Positions 1 through 8,948 of a DNA stretch of 64,000 nt are shown here, one piece after another. A program made the position numbers and the translations under genes. The first letter of the stretch is position 1, and every line of letters begins with the position of its first letter. Under the pieces are notes generated by a model, which was not told the origin of the DNA, made no database searches, and worked only from the letters and a program-made list of their open reading frames with translations. The DNA is from Anaerovoracaceae bacterium. GTDB taxonomy: Bacteria > Bacillota > Clostridia > Peptostreptococcales > Anaerovoracaceae. Where the stretch lies: NCBI GenBank assembly GCA_051893555.1, contig JBJFHL010000062.1:34250-98249 (forward strand), written 5' to 3'.

Positions 1-27
1 AGAGATTAGTATTGAAGAGAATCGCAT

Positions 28-1347
28 ATGGATATCAACCGAAAAACAGCTTATGAAGTGCTGCTGGACATGGAGATGAACCAGTCTTACTCCAATCTGG
101 CGCTGAATCAGTATATCGAAAAAAATAAGCCGGAGAATCCGGCCTTCGTGCGGGAACTGGTATACGGTGTGACGGAAAACCGGATTTTGCTGGACTACTA
201 CCTGGCGGAACAGATTCCGTCCGGTCTTCGAAAGGTAAAAAAACAGGATCTGACCCTGCTGAGAATGGGCATTTATCAGCTTCTGTTCATGGACTCGGTA
301 CCGTCCTATGCCGCCGTCAGTGAAACGGTAGCCATGGCACGCAGGCTGTGCCGTGGCAGGGAAGGCTTCATCAACGGCGTCCTGCGCAGCTTTCAGAGAC
401 GGCTGGAAGGGGAAAACCTTCCTGCACTGCCGGATCGTGAGACAGATCCTGTGGAGTATCTTTCTGTAAGATATTCTGCTGCTCGCTGGCTGGTGGAGTT
501 GTGGATGGATGCCTACGGAACGGAGAAGGCGGAGAAGCTTTTGGAAGCGTCCAATGGAAGACCGCTGCTTTCCATCCGTGTGAATCGGAAAAAGACTGAC
601 CGGGATGCTTTGATGCGACAGCTGCGGCTGGATGGGTTTCAAGTGGAAGCTGGCAGCCTTTCGGACCGGGTGATTCTGGTGACAGGAAAAGGCACCGGCA
701 TCCTGCAGCACCGGCTCTATAAAGAAGGTTGGTTCTCGGTACAGGATCAGGCTTCGGTTCTGGCGGCAGATACGCTGCAACCTGCAGAAGGTAATCTGGT
801 GGTGGATGTCTGTGCCGCACCGGGCGGGAAGAACATGGCGCTGGCTGAGGATATGGGAGCAGATGCAGGAACTTCCGCCGGCGTGATTTATGCCTTTGAC
901 ATTTATGAACATAAGCTGAAGCTGATGACAGAACAGGCGGAACGGCTTGGTATTTCCATCATTAAAACCCGCTGCCAGGATGCCAGGCATGCCTGTGAAG
1001 AACTAAAGGGGAAAGCAGACTGTGTGCTGGCAGATGTACCGTGTTCCGGACTGGGCGTAATCCGAAGAAAACCGGAAATCAAGCTAAAAGAAACGGCAGA
1101 GCTTGACTTTGCAGAACTGGAAGAACGGCAGAAAGAAATCCTGCATGCATCCAGCAGTTATGTAAAGCCGGGAGGCAGTCTGGTATACAGCACATGTACC
1201 ATAAACCCGGCGGAAAACGAAAGGCAGATCGAAGCATTCCTTGCCGGGCATAAAGATTTTGCGGAGAAGAAAAGGATCCAGCTGCTGCCCGGCCGCGAGA
1301 CGGACGGCTTCTTTATCTGCAGACTGGAAAGAGCACAAAAGGAGTAA
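28..1347 (+). CDS. rsmB: 16S rRNA (cytosine967-C5)-methyltransferase RsmB/Sun
   Basis: 439-aa ORF. NusB-like N-terminus followed by a SAM-MTase core with motifs DVCAAPGGK, DVPCSGLG and YSTCT. Confidence 0.9.
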   Translation: MDINRKTAYEVLLDMEMNQSYSNLALNQYIEKNKPENPAFVRELVYGVTENRILLDYYLAEQIPSGLRKVKKQDLTLLRMGIYQLLFMDSVPSYAAVSETVAMARRLCRGREGFINGVLRSFQRRLEGENLPALPDRETDPVEYLSVRYSAARWLVELWMDAYGTEKAEKLLEASNGRPLLSIRVNRKKTDRDALMRQLRLDGFQVEAGSLSDRVILVTGKGTGILQHRLYKEGWFSVQDQASVLAADTLQPAEGNLVVDVCAAPGGKNMALAEDMGADAGTSAGVIYAFDIYEHKLKLMTEQAERLGISIIKTRCQDARHACEELKGKADCVLADVPCSGLGVIRRKPEIKLKETAELDFAELEERQKEILHASSSYVKPGGSLVYSTCTINPAENERQIEAFLAGHKDFAEKKRIQLLPGRETDGFFICRLERAQKE

Positions 1348-1368
1348 GAATCAGGAGGCGATACACAC

Positions 1369-2118
1369 ATGGAGGTTGGATTCAAGTCCGATAAAGGACA
1401 GCGAAGGCAGAACAATGAGGATGCCTGCTTCATTCTTCTGGCGGATAAGGTCTATGTCGTCGCGGATGGCGTGGGCGGCGGAAATGCCGGTGAGATTGCC
1501 AGCAGAACTGCGGTGAGTCAGATTGCAAACTACATAGTGGAGCATCCGATTGAAGAAACCGGGGATAAATATCAGATAGCGTCTTATTTTCAGAATTGTC
1601 TTGACAAGGTGAACGGCCATATTTTTGAGATGGCCAATAAATATACCGCAAACCGCGGAATGGCTACAACCATTGTGGTGGTTTATGCAGGCAGGGGAAA
1701 GGCATACATCACCAATGTGGGAGACAGCCGGGCGTATCTGTTCCGGAGCGGCCAGCTGACACAGCTGACGGAAGATCATACGTATGTGAACACGCTGGTG
1801 AAAGCCGGGGTGCTGACACCGGAGCAGGCGGAAACCGACGAACGTAAAAACGTTATCACCAAAGCCATGGGGGCAGAACCGGATGTGGAACCGGATTTTT
1901 TCCAGGTGGACATCGCGGCAGATGATATCATTATCATGTGCACGGACGGGCTTTACGATGAGGTCAGTGAAGACGAGATCGTGGAAGTTCTCAGCCAGGG
2001 CAGAACCATGTCGGAAACATGTAGTGAACTGGTTCGCAGAGCAAATGATCACGGAGGCCATGACAATATCACGGTCATAAGTTTAAGGGTTACGGAGGAA
2101 GATATCCATGAGCAATAG
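1369..2118 (+). CDS. stp: PP2C-family Ser/Thr protein phosphatase (Stp/PrpC)
   Basis: Motifs ADGVGGG, MCTDGLYD and GGHDNITV. Overlaps the downstream kinase gene, as in the conserved stp-prkC pair. Confidence 0.9.
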   Translation: MEVGFKSDKGQRRQNNEDACFILLADKVYVVADGVGGGNAGEIASRTAVSQIANYIVEHPIEETGDKYQIASYFQNCLDKVNGHIFEMANKYTANRGMATTIVVVYAGRGKAYITNVGDSRAYLFRSGQLTQLTEDHTYVNTLVKAGVLTPEQAETDERKNVITKAMGAEPDVEPDFFQVDIAADDIIIMCTDGLYDEVSEDEIVEVLSQGRTMSETCSELVRRANDHGGHDNITVISLRVTEEDIHEQ

Positions 2119-3970
2119 ATTACTGGCAGGAAGATATGAACTGATCGAAAAAATCGGTGAAGGCGGTATGGCCGTCGTATATAAAGCAAGGTGCCGGCTG
2201 CTGAACCGGTATGTGGCGATCAAAATTCTCAGACCGGAATTTACGAAGGATGAATCCTTCATCGAAAGCTTCAAAAAAGAATCACAGGCAGCTGCCGGGC
2301 TGTCCCATCCGAATATTGTCAGTGTATATGATGTTGGCAAGGAGGGAAATCTTCATTTCATCGTCATGGAACTGGTGGAAGGAAAACCGCTCAGTCAGCT
2401 GATTTCGGAAAAAGGCCGGCTGGATTACAAAGAAGCCATTGAAATTACCAAGCAGGTTGCTTCCGCCCTGAGTCTGGCCCACAAGAACCAGATTATACAT
2501 AGGGATGTGAAGCCGCATAATATTCTGATCACCAGTACCGGCGTAGCCAAGCTGGCTGATTTCGGCATTGCCCAGGCGGTGAGCAACTCTACTATGGTGG
2601 CGGGAAAAGACAACAAGGTCATGGGTTCTGTACATTATCTGTCACCGGAGCAGGCAAGGGGATCTTATGTGGATGAGCGGACGGATATCTATTCGCTCGG
2701 CATTGTCCTTTATGAAATGCTCACCGGCAAGGTGCCGTTTGACGGGGATAATCCGATTTCCATCGCGTTAATGCATATCAATGACCCGATCACGCCGCCG
2801 TCCAGACTGGTTTCCGGCATTCCGCCGCAGCTGGAGAAGATTGTGATGAAAGCAACCGACAAATATCAGAACAACCGGTACAGCACTGCCGACGAAATGA
2901 TCAGGGATCTGGATAACATCGAGTTTATCACCAAGGTGATGGGAAATAAGATCTTTGTCGATGATCCTTCGCAAAATCCGTCTGCAGGGGAGAAGGAACG
3001 CGTGCAGGGCGGTGTTTTCGGTGAAGGAATCGATGAAAAATCCATTTTTTCAGAGGTAGACCAGGATTCCGGCCATTCGGGAAAAGGCGGTAAGGACGGA
3101 AAAGGCGGTAAAAGCGGTAAGAGCGGAAAAGGATCCAATACCCGCCTCATAGCCATTATTGTGGTAGCTGCGGTCATCGTTTTCGGTGCCGGAATTTTCG
3201 CCCTGGGATCTGCCATGGGCTGGTTCGGAGGGGACAGCGAAGATATTCCGGTTCCGGATCTGAAGGGAAAGACGGTAGAAGAAGCACAGGCAGAGCTGGA
3301 GGAACTGGGACTTGTCCTGCAGGAAGGCGAACAGGTATACAGTCCTGACCAGGAGGAAGGAAAGATCACTTCACAGATGCCAAGTGAAGGTACCGTCGTG
3401 GCGAAAGGCCAGACGGTAACGGTAAACGTCAGCAAGGGGAAAAAAGACGGTGTCGTTCCAAGTATTCTGGACAAGGATTATAAAGAGGCGGAAGCGTATC
3501 TGGCTGAATTCGGATTCCAGCTGGGAGAGATCAAGACGGTAAACAGTCCGAAGCCAAAGGGAATTATTCTGTCGCAGACACCAGGTGCAGGGCAGAAAGC
3601 CGCCAGCGGAACCCGTATCGATATTGAAATCAGTGACGGAGCCGGAAAGGAAATGACGAAGGTGCCGAATCTGACCGGAAAGACAAAGGAGCAGGCAGAT
3701 GCAGCCATCGCTGCAGCGGGACTGGTGGTGGATATTGACAACATCAGTTATGAAGAAAATGACCTTGCACCGGCCAATACGGTTATCGCCCAATATCCGG
3801 TGGCCTATACGGAGGTGGAGACCGGATCGAAGGTTTCTTACCGGCTGACGAAAGCACCGGAAGTGGTTCCGCCCGCAGAAGGCGGTGACGATGGTGACGG
3901 AAGCGGTGAGGAAGGAAACGGAGCAGAAGGTGGCGACGGAGATGACGCAGGCGATGATGGAGAAGAATAA
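2108..3970 (+). CDS. prkC: Ser/Thr protein kinase PrkC/PknB with three PASTA repeats
   Basis: Hanks kinase motifs GEGGMAVVY, VAIK, HRDVKPHNIL and DFG. One TM segment (LIAIIVVAAVIVFGAGIFALG). Three PASTA-like repeats (VPDLKGKTVEEA, VPSILDKDYKEA, VPNLTGKTKEQA). Confidence 0.92.
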   Translation: MSNRLLAGRYELIEKIGEGGMAVVYKARCRLLNRYVAIKILRPEFTKDESFIESFKKESQAAAGLSHPNIVSVYDVGKEGNLHFIVMELVEGKPLSQLISEKGRLDYKEAIEITKQVASALSLAHKNQIIHRDVKPHNILITSTGVAKLADFGIAQAVSNSTMVAGKDNKVMGSVHYLSPEQARGSYVDERTDIYSLGIVLYEMLTGKVPFDGDNPISIALMHINDPITPPSRLVSGIPPQLEKIVMKATDKYQNNRYSTADEMIRDLDNIEFITKVMGNKIFVDDPSQNPSAGEKERVQGGVFGEGIDEKSIFSEVDQDSGHSGKGGKDGKGGKSGKSGKGSNTRLIAIIVVAAVIVFGAGIFALGSAMGWFGGDSEDIPVPDLKGKTVEEAQAELEELGLVLQEGEQVYSPDQEEGKITSQMPSEGTVVAKGQTVTVNVSKGKKDGVVPSILDKDYKEAEAYLAEFGFQLGEIKTVNSPKPKGIILSQTPGAGQKAASGTRIDIEISDGAGKEMTKVPNLTGKTKEQADAAIAAAGLVVDIDNISYEENDLAPANTVIAQYPVAYTEVETGSKVSYRLTKAPEVVPPAEGGDDGDGSGEEGNGAEGGDGDDAGDDGEE

Positions 3971-3973
3971 TCT

Positions 3974-4840
3974 ATGACTGGACTGATAACCAAGGGGATC
4001 GGCGGATTCTATTATGTACTGACCGATGAGGGCATCATTGAAGCCAAAGGAAGGGGGATCTTCAAAAAAGACGGGATCACTCTTGCGGTAGGTGATGTGG
4101 TGGAACTGGAGCGAACGGAAGAGGGAAAGGGTGTGATCAACAGCATCCACCCGCGAAAAAACCAGTTCATCCGTCCGCCCATTGTCAATGTGGATACCTT
4201 TCTGGTAGTTTTCGCACCTGCCCGTCCGAAGCCGAATTACATGCTGATCGACAAATTTCTGATCATGGCGGAAATGAACGGCATTGAGCCGGTGCTGTGC
4301 CTGAATAAGTGCGATCTTGTTTCCTCTGCGGAAATCATGGAAATACGTGAGATCTATGATGGAATTTATCCATTTCTAACGATCAGCTGCAAAACAGGAG
4401 AAGGTCTGGCGGAACTGGAACAGCTTGTTTCTGGGAAAAAGGCTGCACTGGCAGGTCCATCCGGCGTGGGAAAATCCACCATCTTAAATCATCTTCATCC
4501 GGAAGCGAATATGGAAACCGGGGCAGTCAGCCAGAAAACCAGCCGGGGGCGCCATACCACACGTCATGTTGAAATTTTTCAGCTGCAAAACGGCGGAATG
4601 ATCTATGATACACCGGGATTTACATCCTTTGAGATACTGGAAGCGGAAGAAGATAACCTGGCCGGGTTTTATCCGGAAATGGAAGCGCTGCGGGGCCGGT
4701 GCAGATATGATGACTGCCGACATCGCAGTGAACCGGACTGCGCAGTACGCAGGGCAGTGGAGGAAGGCCGCATCCACCGGAAGCGGTATGATTCTTATCT
4801 GGCAAATCTGGATGAAATCCGAAGCAGAAAGAAATATTGA
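3974..4840 (+). CDS. rsgA: ribosome small-subunit-dependent GTPase A
   Basis: Circularly permuted GTPase (LNKCDL precedes GPSGVGKST). C-terminal zinc cluster CRYDDCRHRSEPDCAV. Confidence 0.9.
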   Translation: MTGLITKGIGGFYYVLTDEGIIEAKGRGIFKKDGITLAVGDVVELERTEEGKGVINSIHPRKNQFIRPPIVNVDTFLVVFAPARPKPNYMLIDKFLIMAEMNGIEPVLCLNKCDLVSSAEIMEIREIYDGIYPFLTISCKTGEGLAELEQLVSGKKAALAGPSGVGKSTILNHLHPEANMETGAVSQKTSRGRHTTRHVEIFQLQNGGMIYDTPGFTSFEILEAEEDNLAGFYPEMEALRGRCRYDDCRHRSEPDCAVRRAVEEGRIHRKRYDSYLANLDEIRSRKKY

Positions 4841-4879
4841 TGTTATAACAGAACGAATGCTTGAGAAAGGAAAGAAATT

Positions 4880-5530
4880 ATGAAACTTGCACCATCCATT
4901 CTGTCCGCTGATTTTGCGGCGCTGGCAGAGGACGTAAAAAAAATAGAAGAAGGCGGCGCAGACTATGTGCATGTAGACGTGATGGACGGCCACTTCGTAC
5001 CGAATATCAGTTTCGGTGCACCTGTGATGAAAAGCCTGATGGGCAAGACTACGGTGCCGTTTGATGTCCATCTTATGATCGAAAATCCGGATCAGTACAT
5101 TGATGATTTCGTAACGGATCAGACTGCGTACATTACGGTGCATCAGGAAGCGTGCATACATCTGCACAGAACCATACAGCATATCCGGGGAAAAGGTGTG
5201 AAGGCCGGTGTGTCCATCAATCCGGCAACACCGGTTTCCGTGTTATCCTGCATTCTGGAAGATGTGGATCTGGTCCTGATCATGTCTGTGAATCCTGGCT
5301 TCGGTGGGCAGAAATTCATTCCGGGGGCACTGGACAAGGTGAAGAAGCTGGCTGCGGTCCGTGCGGAAAGAGGACTTGATTTTGCCATTGAAATTGACGG
5401 CGGTGTGACACTGCAGAACGCAGCACAGGTGCAGCAGGCCGGTGTGGACATCGCTGTGGCAGGCTCCGCAGTATTCGGTGCAGATGATGTGGTGCAGAGA
5501 GTGAAGGATTTTAAGTTACTGTGTCATTGA
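4880..5530 (+). CDS. rpe: ribulose-phosphate 3-epimerase
   Basis: Motifs PSILSADF, HVDVMDGHFVPN and MSVNPGFGGQKF. Confidence 0.92.
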   Translation: MKLAPSILSADFAALAEDVKKIEEGGADYVHVDVMDGHFVPNISFGAPVMKSLMGKTTVPFDVHLMIENPDQYIDDFVTDQTAYITVHQEACIHLHRTIQHIRGKGVKAGVSINPATPVSVLSCILEDVDLVLIMSVNPGFGGQKFIPGALDKVKKLAAVRAERGLDFAIEIDGGVTLQNAAQVQQAGVDIAVAGSAVFGADDVVQRVKDFKLLCH

Positions 5531-5535
5531 AAAAG

Positions 5536-5577
5536 AAAGGTGCAGCTGCCGGTTTCCCGGTGACTGCACCTTTTTTG
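5536..5577. terminator. bidirectional rho-independent terminator between rpe and the PBP gene
   Basis: Stem aggtgcag/ctgcacct flanked by an A-run and a T-run, between convergent genes. Confidence 0.65.
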
Positions 5578-5586
5578 GCAGATGAT

Positions 5587-8500
5587 TTAATTTACGGATT
5601 CGCCGTTGTTATTCTCTTCTTCCTGATTTGCAGGGTCATCCGGCGCATTCGGATTTTCCGGATTCGGTTCATCCGGATCATCCGGAATGATCGGATCTTC
5701 ACCTTCGTCTGGTTCTTCCGGCTCTGTGAGTTCTCCCGGCTGGACAATGGTCACATCAAGACCTTTTTTCACCTTATAAACATTCGGATCCGGATTGTGC
5801 AGATTGCAGTAGTAATGCGGAAGTTCTTTCCCAATATCCGCAACCCGTTTGTTTGGTGTATATGGACGTAAGATGCCGCTCTTGGTTTCCACATCCGGAC
5901 AGGATGGTGTTGCCTGATATCCGGATTCGGAGCAGACATCCATGGTCTGGTGGAGCGTGTCAGTTTCCGTAGGCTGGGTTCCCTTCGTGAAGTATTCCGT
6001 TCTTACGTCACTGCCGCTTGCTTCCGTCGCAAGCATACCGCTCTTGGTATCGATGGATACGGATATCACATTGGAAGGTTTCGCAGAGTATGTTCCGGAT
6101 GCCACGCCAGGGATCTGGTTCATGATCCGGCCCCAGAGGCGGGCAGCGGTTCCTGACATGGAGGAAAGCTTGATATTGATGTCGCTTCCGATCCATAATG
6201 CCGCAGAATACTTTGCTGTGAATCCGTCAAACCAGATATCGAACTGATCAGAGGTAGTACCGGTTTTACCGCCGGCCTTTGCACCGGATACAGCAGCTGC
6301 ACCTGCAATACCTTCTGTGATATCGGACTGAAGCATATCGCGCATGATCCATGCGACACCCGGATCCAGTACTTCGTTCTCTTTGGTATCCGCTTCCAGA
6401 AGAATATCTCCGCTTCTGGTGGTTACTTTTGTATAGACGTTATAGCTCTTGTGGATACCGTCATTGACAAAGGTAGTATACGCGCTGGCCATTTCCAGTG
6501 TGGTGACACCCCTGGACTGGCCGCCCAGTGCCAGAGCCGCAAGATTATTATCATTAACTTCTCCTTCACGGACCAGTGTGGTCAGACCGAATTTCTCCGC
6601 CAGATCGAAGCAGTAATCAGTTCCTGTCTGCTGCATGATTTTTACGGCACAGATATTCAGAGACTTCTGCAGTGCACGGCGCATGGTCAGCAGGCCGTTA
6701 TACCCGGCAGGGGAGTTCACCGGCCATTTCTTCCCGTTGACGGTAGTTGGCTCATCATCAATGATGGAAGCTGCGGTCAGATAATTGCCCCATAAAGCAT
6801 CCCCCTGATATCCGAAATTCGAATCGATGACAGGGAAGGTTTTTCCTTCTGCCTCCAGTTCAAAGCTCTTCTGCAGAGCTGCGGCGTAAACCGTCAGCGG
6901 TTTAATGGAAGAACCGGACTGACGCGTTGCGACCGCACGGTTTAAAATCATTCTTCCGTTTACTTTTCTTCCGCCGGCCATCGCTTTAACATAACCGGTT
7001 TCATTATCGACAATGGTCATGGCAGCCTGCGGCTGAATCACTCTCTGCTGGAGCGTGAAGCCCTTCGTAATGAGACGTTCACCACTCTGCTTGAAGAAGT
7101 CCGGATAATCCTCGAAGAATTTGGCTGAAACAAGCAGATTTCCATTGCTGTCCTTGGATTTATATTCCTGCGGGATGTTGATGAAGCCGCCGGAAATCGT
7201 GTAGAAGGTTCCGTTATCCACCACATACATGTTTTTGAATTCCACGCTGACATCCGACTGTCCCTGTACTGTGGTATCATAGAGGTTCAGTCTTTTTCCG
7301 GCATATATCGTCAGAGAACCGTCATCATTCCACTGATATTCGGAAGGCTTCAGACGGAAGTATCCCTTGCTTGTGATGTAGTTGGAATACTGATACAGAA
7401 TCACGTTTCCGAATTCATCCAGAATGTTGCCCTGTCCATCCTTCCTGCTAACCACCAGTGTCGGGAAGTTGGCATCGTTTTTGAACTCGGTTTCCACGAT
7501 CTGCTGCATTTCGGTATTCATCGTGGTATAGATATTGAGACCGCCGCTGTAAACCATATTGTGGGCTTTGGTATAGTCGTAGCCAAGCTGTTCCTGCAGA
7601 TCGGAGATGACCTTATTGATCACGTAGTCCGCGAAATAGTTGGTCGTCTTATTCAGGATATCTGTATTCGGATTGACGATATCTTTGATTTCTACGGTTT
7701 TTGCTTCATCATATTCTGCCTGCGTAATATATCCCTGTTCCAGCATAAGTGCAAGACAGGTACGAATCCGCGGAAGGGCAGTGTCATTCCAGACATATGC
7801 CACATCGCCGTCCTTGAAAATCAGGTTGTCGGTATCGTCGTTGATATCATTGGCAGAAACCTGCTGCACCAGTGCGTAGACCGTAGGATACTGCGGCATG
7901 GCAGCCAGAGAGGCACATTCTGCCAGCGTCAGTTCATTGACGTCCTTGCTGAAGTAGGCCTGCGCAGCCGCCTGTACACCATAGGCTTTGCCAAAGTTTA
8001 CCGTATTCAGATAGGCTTCCAGAATCTGATCCTTATTCAGCTTCTTTTCCAGGATTACAGCATAATAAGCCTCGATCACCTTCCGGTTCAGATCCCGCTT
8101 GGACATGGTATCCGGCAGGTAAACATTCCTGGCCAGCTGCTGTGTGATCGTACTGGTGCCGCTGATATGGCCTCCGTTAAAGAATGCATCCTTGATTGCG
8201 CCGAAGATACGGATAATGTTGAATCCGTGATGATCCCGGAACGTTTTGTCCTCCAGTGCGATGAACGCATTCTGCAGATCTTCCGGAATATCCTTCAGTT
8301 CCACTATCGTACGTTTCTGACCGTCCGCACCAACCAGCGTGTCAAGCACCTCGCCCTGATCGTCATAAAGTACAGAACTCTGAGACAGCAGGGAATAGAT
8401 ATTGCTGGTATCGATTTCCGGCGCTTTCATGATTACGGAAGCTGCCCAGCCTACCACAGCTACGCCTGCCAGCATGCAGATACAGAAGCAGACCAGAATG

Positions 8501-8793
8501 AAACGTTTCCAGTTCATGCGATATTTCTTTTTCTTCTTTTCCTTTTTCTCATTCCCCGAAGAAGACGTTGCAGCCGAACCGGAAGCGGACTCCGAAGCTG
8601 CCTCCTGCTGACGCATTTCAAACTTTTCCTTCCGGGAAGGGCGCCTGTGTTTGGCCTCTTCTTTTTTTCGCCTACGGGAGTGCTGTGGGATATCTTCTCC
8701 TGACGGTTTATTCCTATTTTCTTTATCCTCATAATGATTCAAAAAAACCACCCGCTTTCTATCATGATTCCATAGATACAAATAGTATAACAT
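5587..8793 (-). CDS. class A penicillin-binding protein (glycosyltransferase/transpeptidase, PBP1A-like)
   Basis: GT51 motifs EDKTFRDHHGFN and GTSTITQQLARN. Transpeptidase motifs SGSSIKP (SxxK), SLN and KTGTT. Single TM (FILVCFCICMLAGVAVVGWAA). Start uncertain: a TTG at 8742 preceded by GGGTGG is an alternative to 8793. Confidence 0.88.
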   Translation of the reverse strand: MLYYLYLWNHDRKRVVFLNHYEDKENRNKPSGEDIPQHSRRRKKEEAKHRRPSRKEKFEMRQQEAASESASGSAATSSSGNEKKEKKKKKYRMNWKRFILVCFCICMLAGVAVVGWAASVIMKAPEIDTSNIYSLLSQSSVLYDDQGEVLDTLVGADGQKRTIVELKDIPEDLQNAFIALEDKTFRDHHGFNIIRIFGAIKDAFFNGGHISGTSTITQQLARNVYLPDTMSKRDLNRKVIEAYYAVILEKKLNKDQILEAYLNTVNFGKAYGVQAAAQAYFSKDVNELTLAECASLAAMPQYPTVYALVQQVSANDINDDTDNLIFKDGDVAYVWNDTALPRIRTCLALMLEQGYITQAEYDEAKTVEIKDIVNPNTDILNKTTNYFADYVINKVISDLQEQLGYDYTKAHNMVYSGGLNIYTTMNTEMQQIVETEFKNDANFPTLVVSRKDGQGNILDEFGNVILYQYSNYITSKGYFRLKPSEYQWNDDGSLTIYAGKRLNLYDTTVQGQSDVSVEFKNMYVVDNGTFYTISGGFINIPQEYKSKDSNGNLLVSAKFFEDYPDFFKQSGERLITKGFTLQQRVIQPQAAMTIVDNETGYVKAMAGGRKVNGRMILNRAVATRQSGSSIKPLTVYAAALQKSFELEAEGKTFPVIDSNFGYQGDALWGNYLTAASIIDDEPTTVNGKKWPVNSPAGYNGLLTMRRALQKSLNICAVKIMQQTGTDYCFDLAEKFGLTTLVREGEVNDNNLAALALGGQSRGVTTLEMASAYTTFVNDGIHKSYNVYTKVTTRSGDILLEADTKENEVLDPGVAWIMRDMLQSDITEGIAGAAAVSGAKAGGKTGTTSDQFDIWFDGFTAKYSAALWIGSDINIKLSSMSGTAARLWGRIMNQIPGVASGTYSAKPSNVISVSIDTKSGMLATEASGSDVRTEYFTKGTQPTETDTLHQTMDVCSESGYQATPSCPDVETKSGILRPYTPNKRVADIGKELPHYYCNLHNPDPNVYKVKKGLDVTIVQPGELTEPEEPDEGEDPIIPDDPDEPNPENPNAPDDPANQEEENNNGESVN

Positions 8794-8948
8794 AACTCAT
8801 AGACAAAGTTAAGAAATATATTGACGAACTTCTTACAAATCTCCTTCATTTCTCTGTTTTTTTTCTGACAGACAGAAATTCTGGTTGAGATGATACCGTA
8901 AATGTAATATAATGGATATGGATAGCATACCCCCGGAAAGGGGAAAAC

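Noticed and set aside
7561-8703. 380-aa ORF on the plus strand inside the PBP gene
   Set aside because: It is antisense to a gene with clear GT51 and transpeptidase motifs. It has low-complexity, Cys/Arg/Ile-rich composition, no motifs and no RBS. It is a typical shadow ORF.
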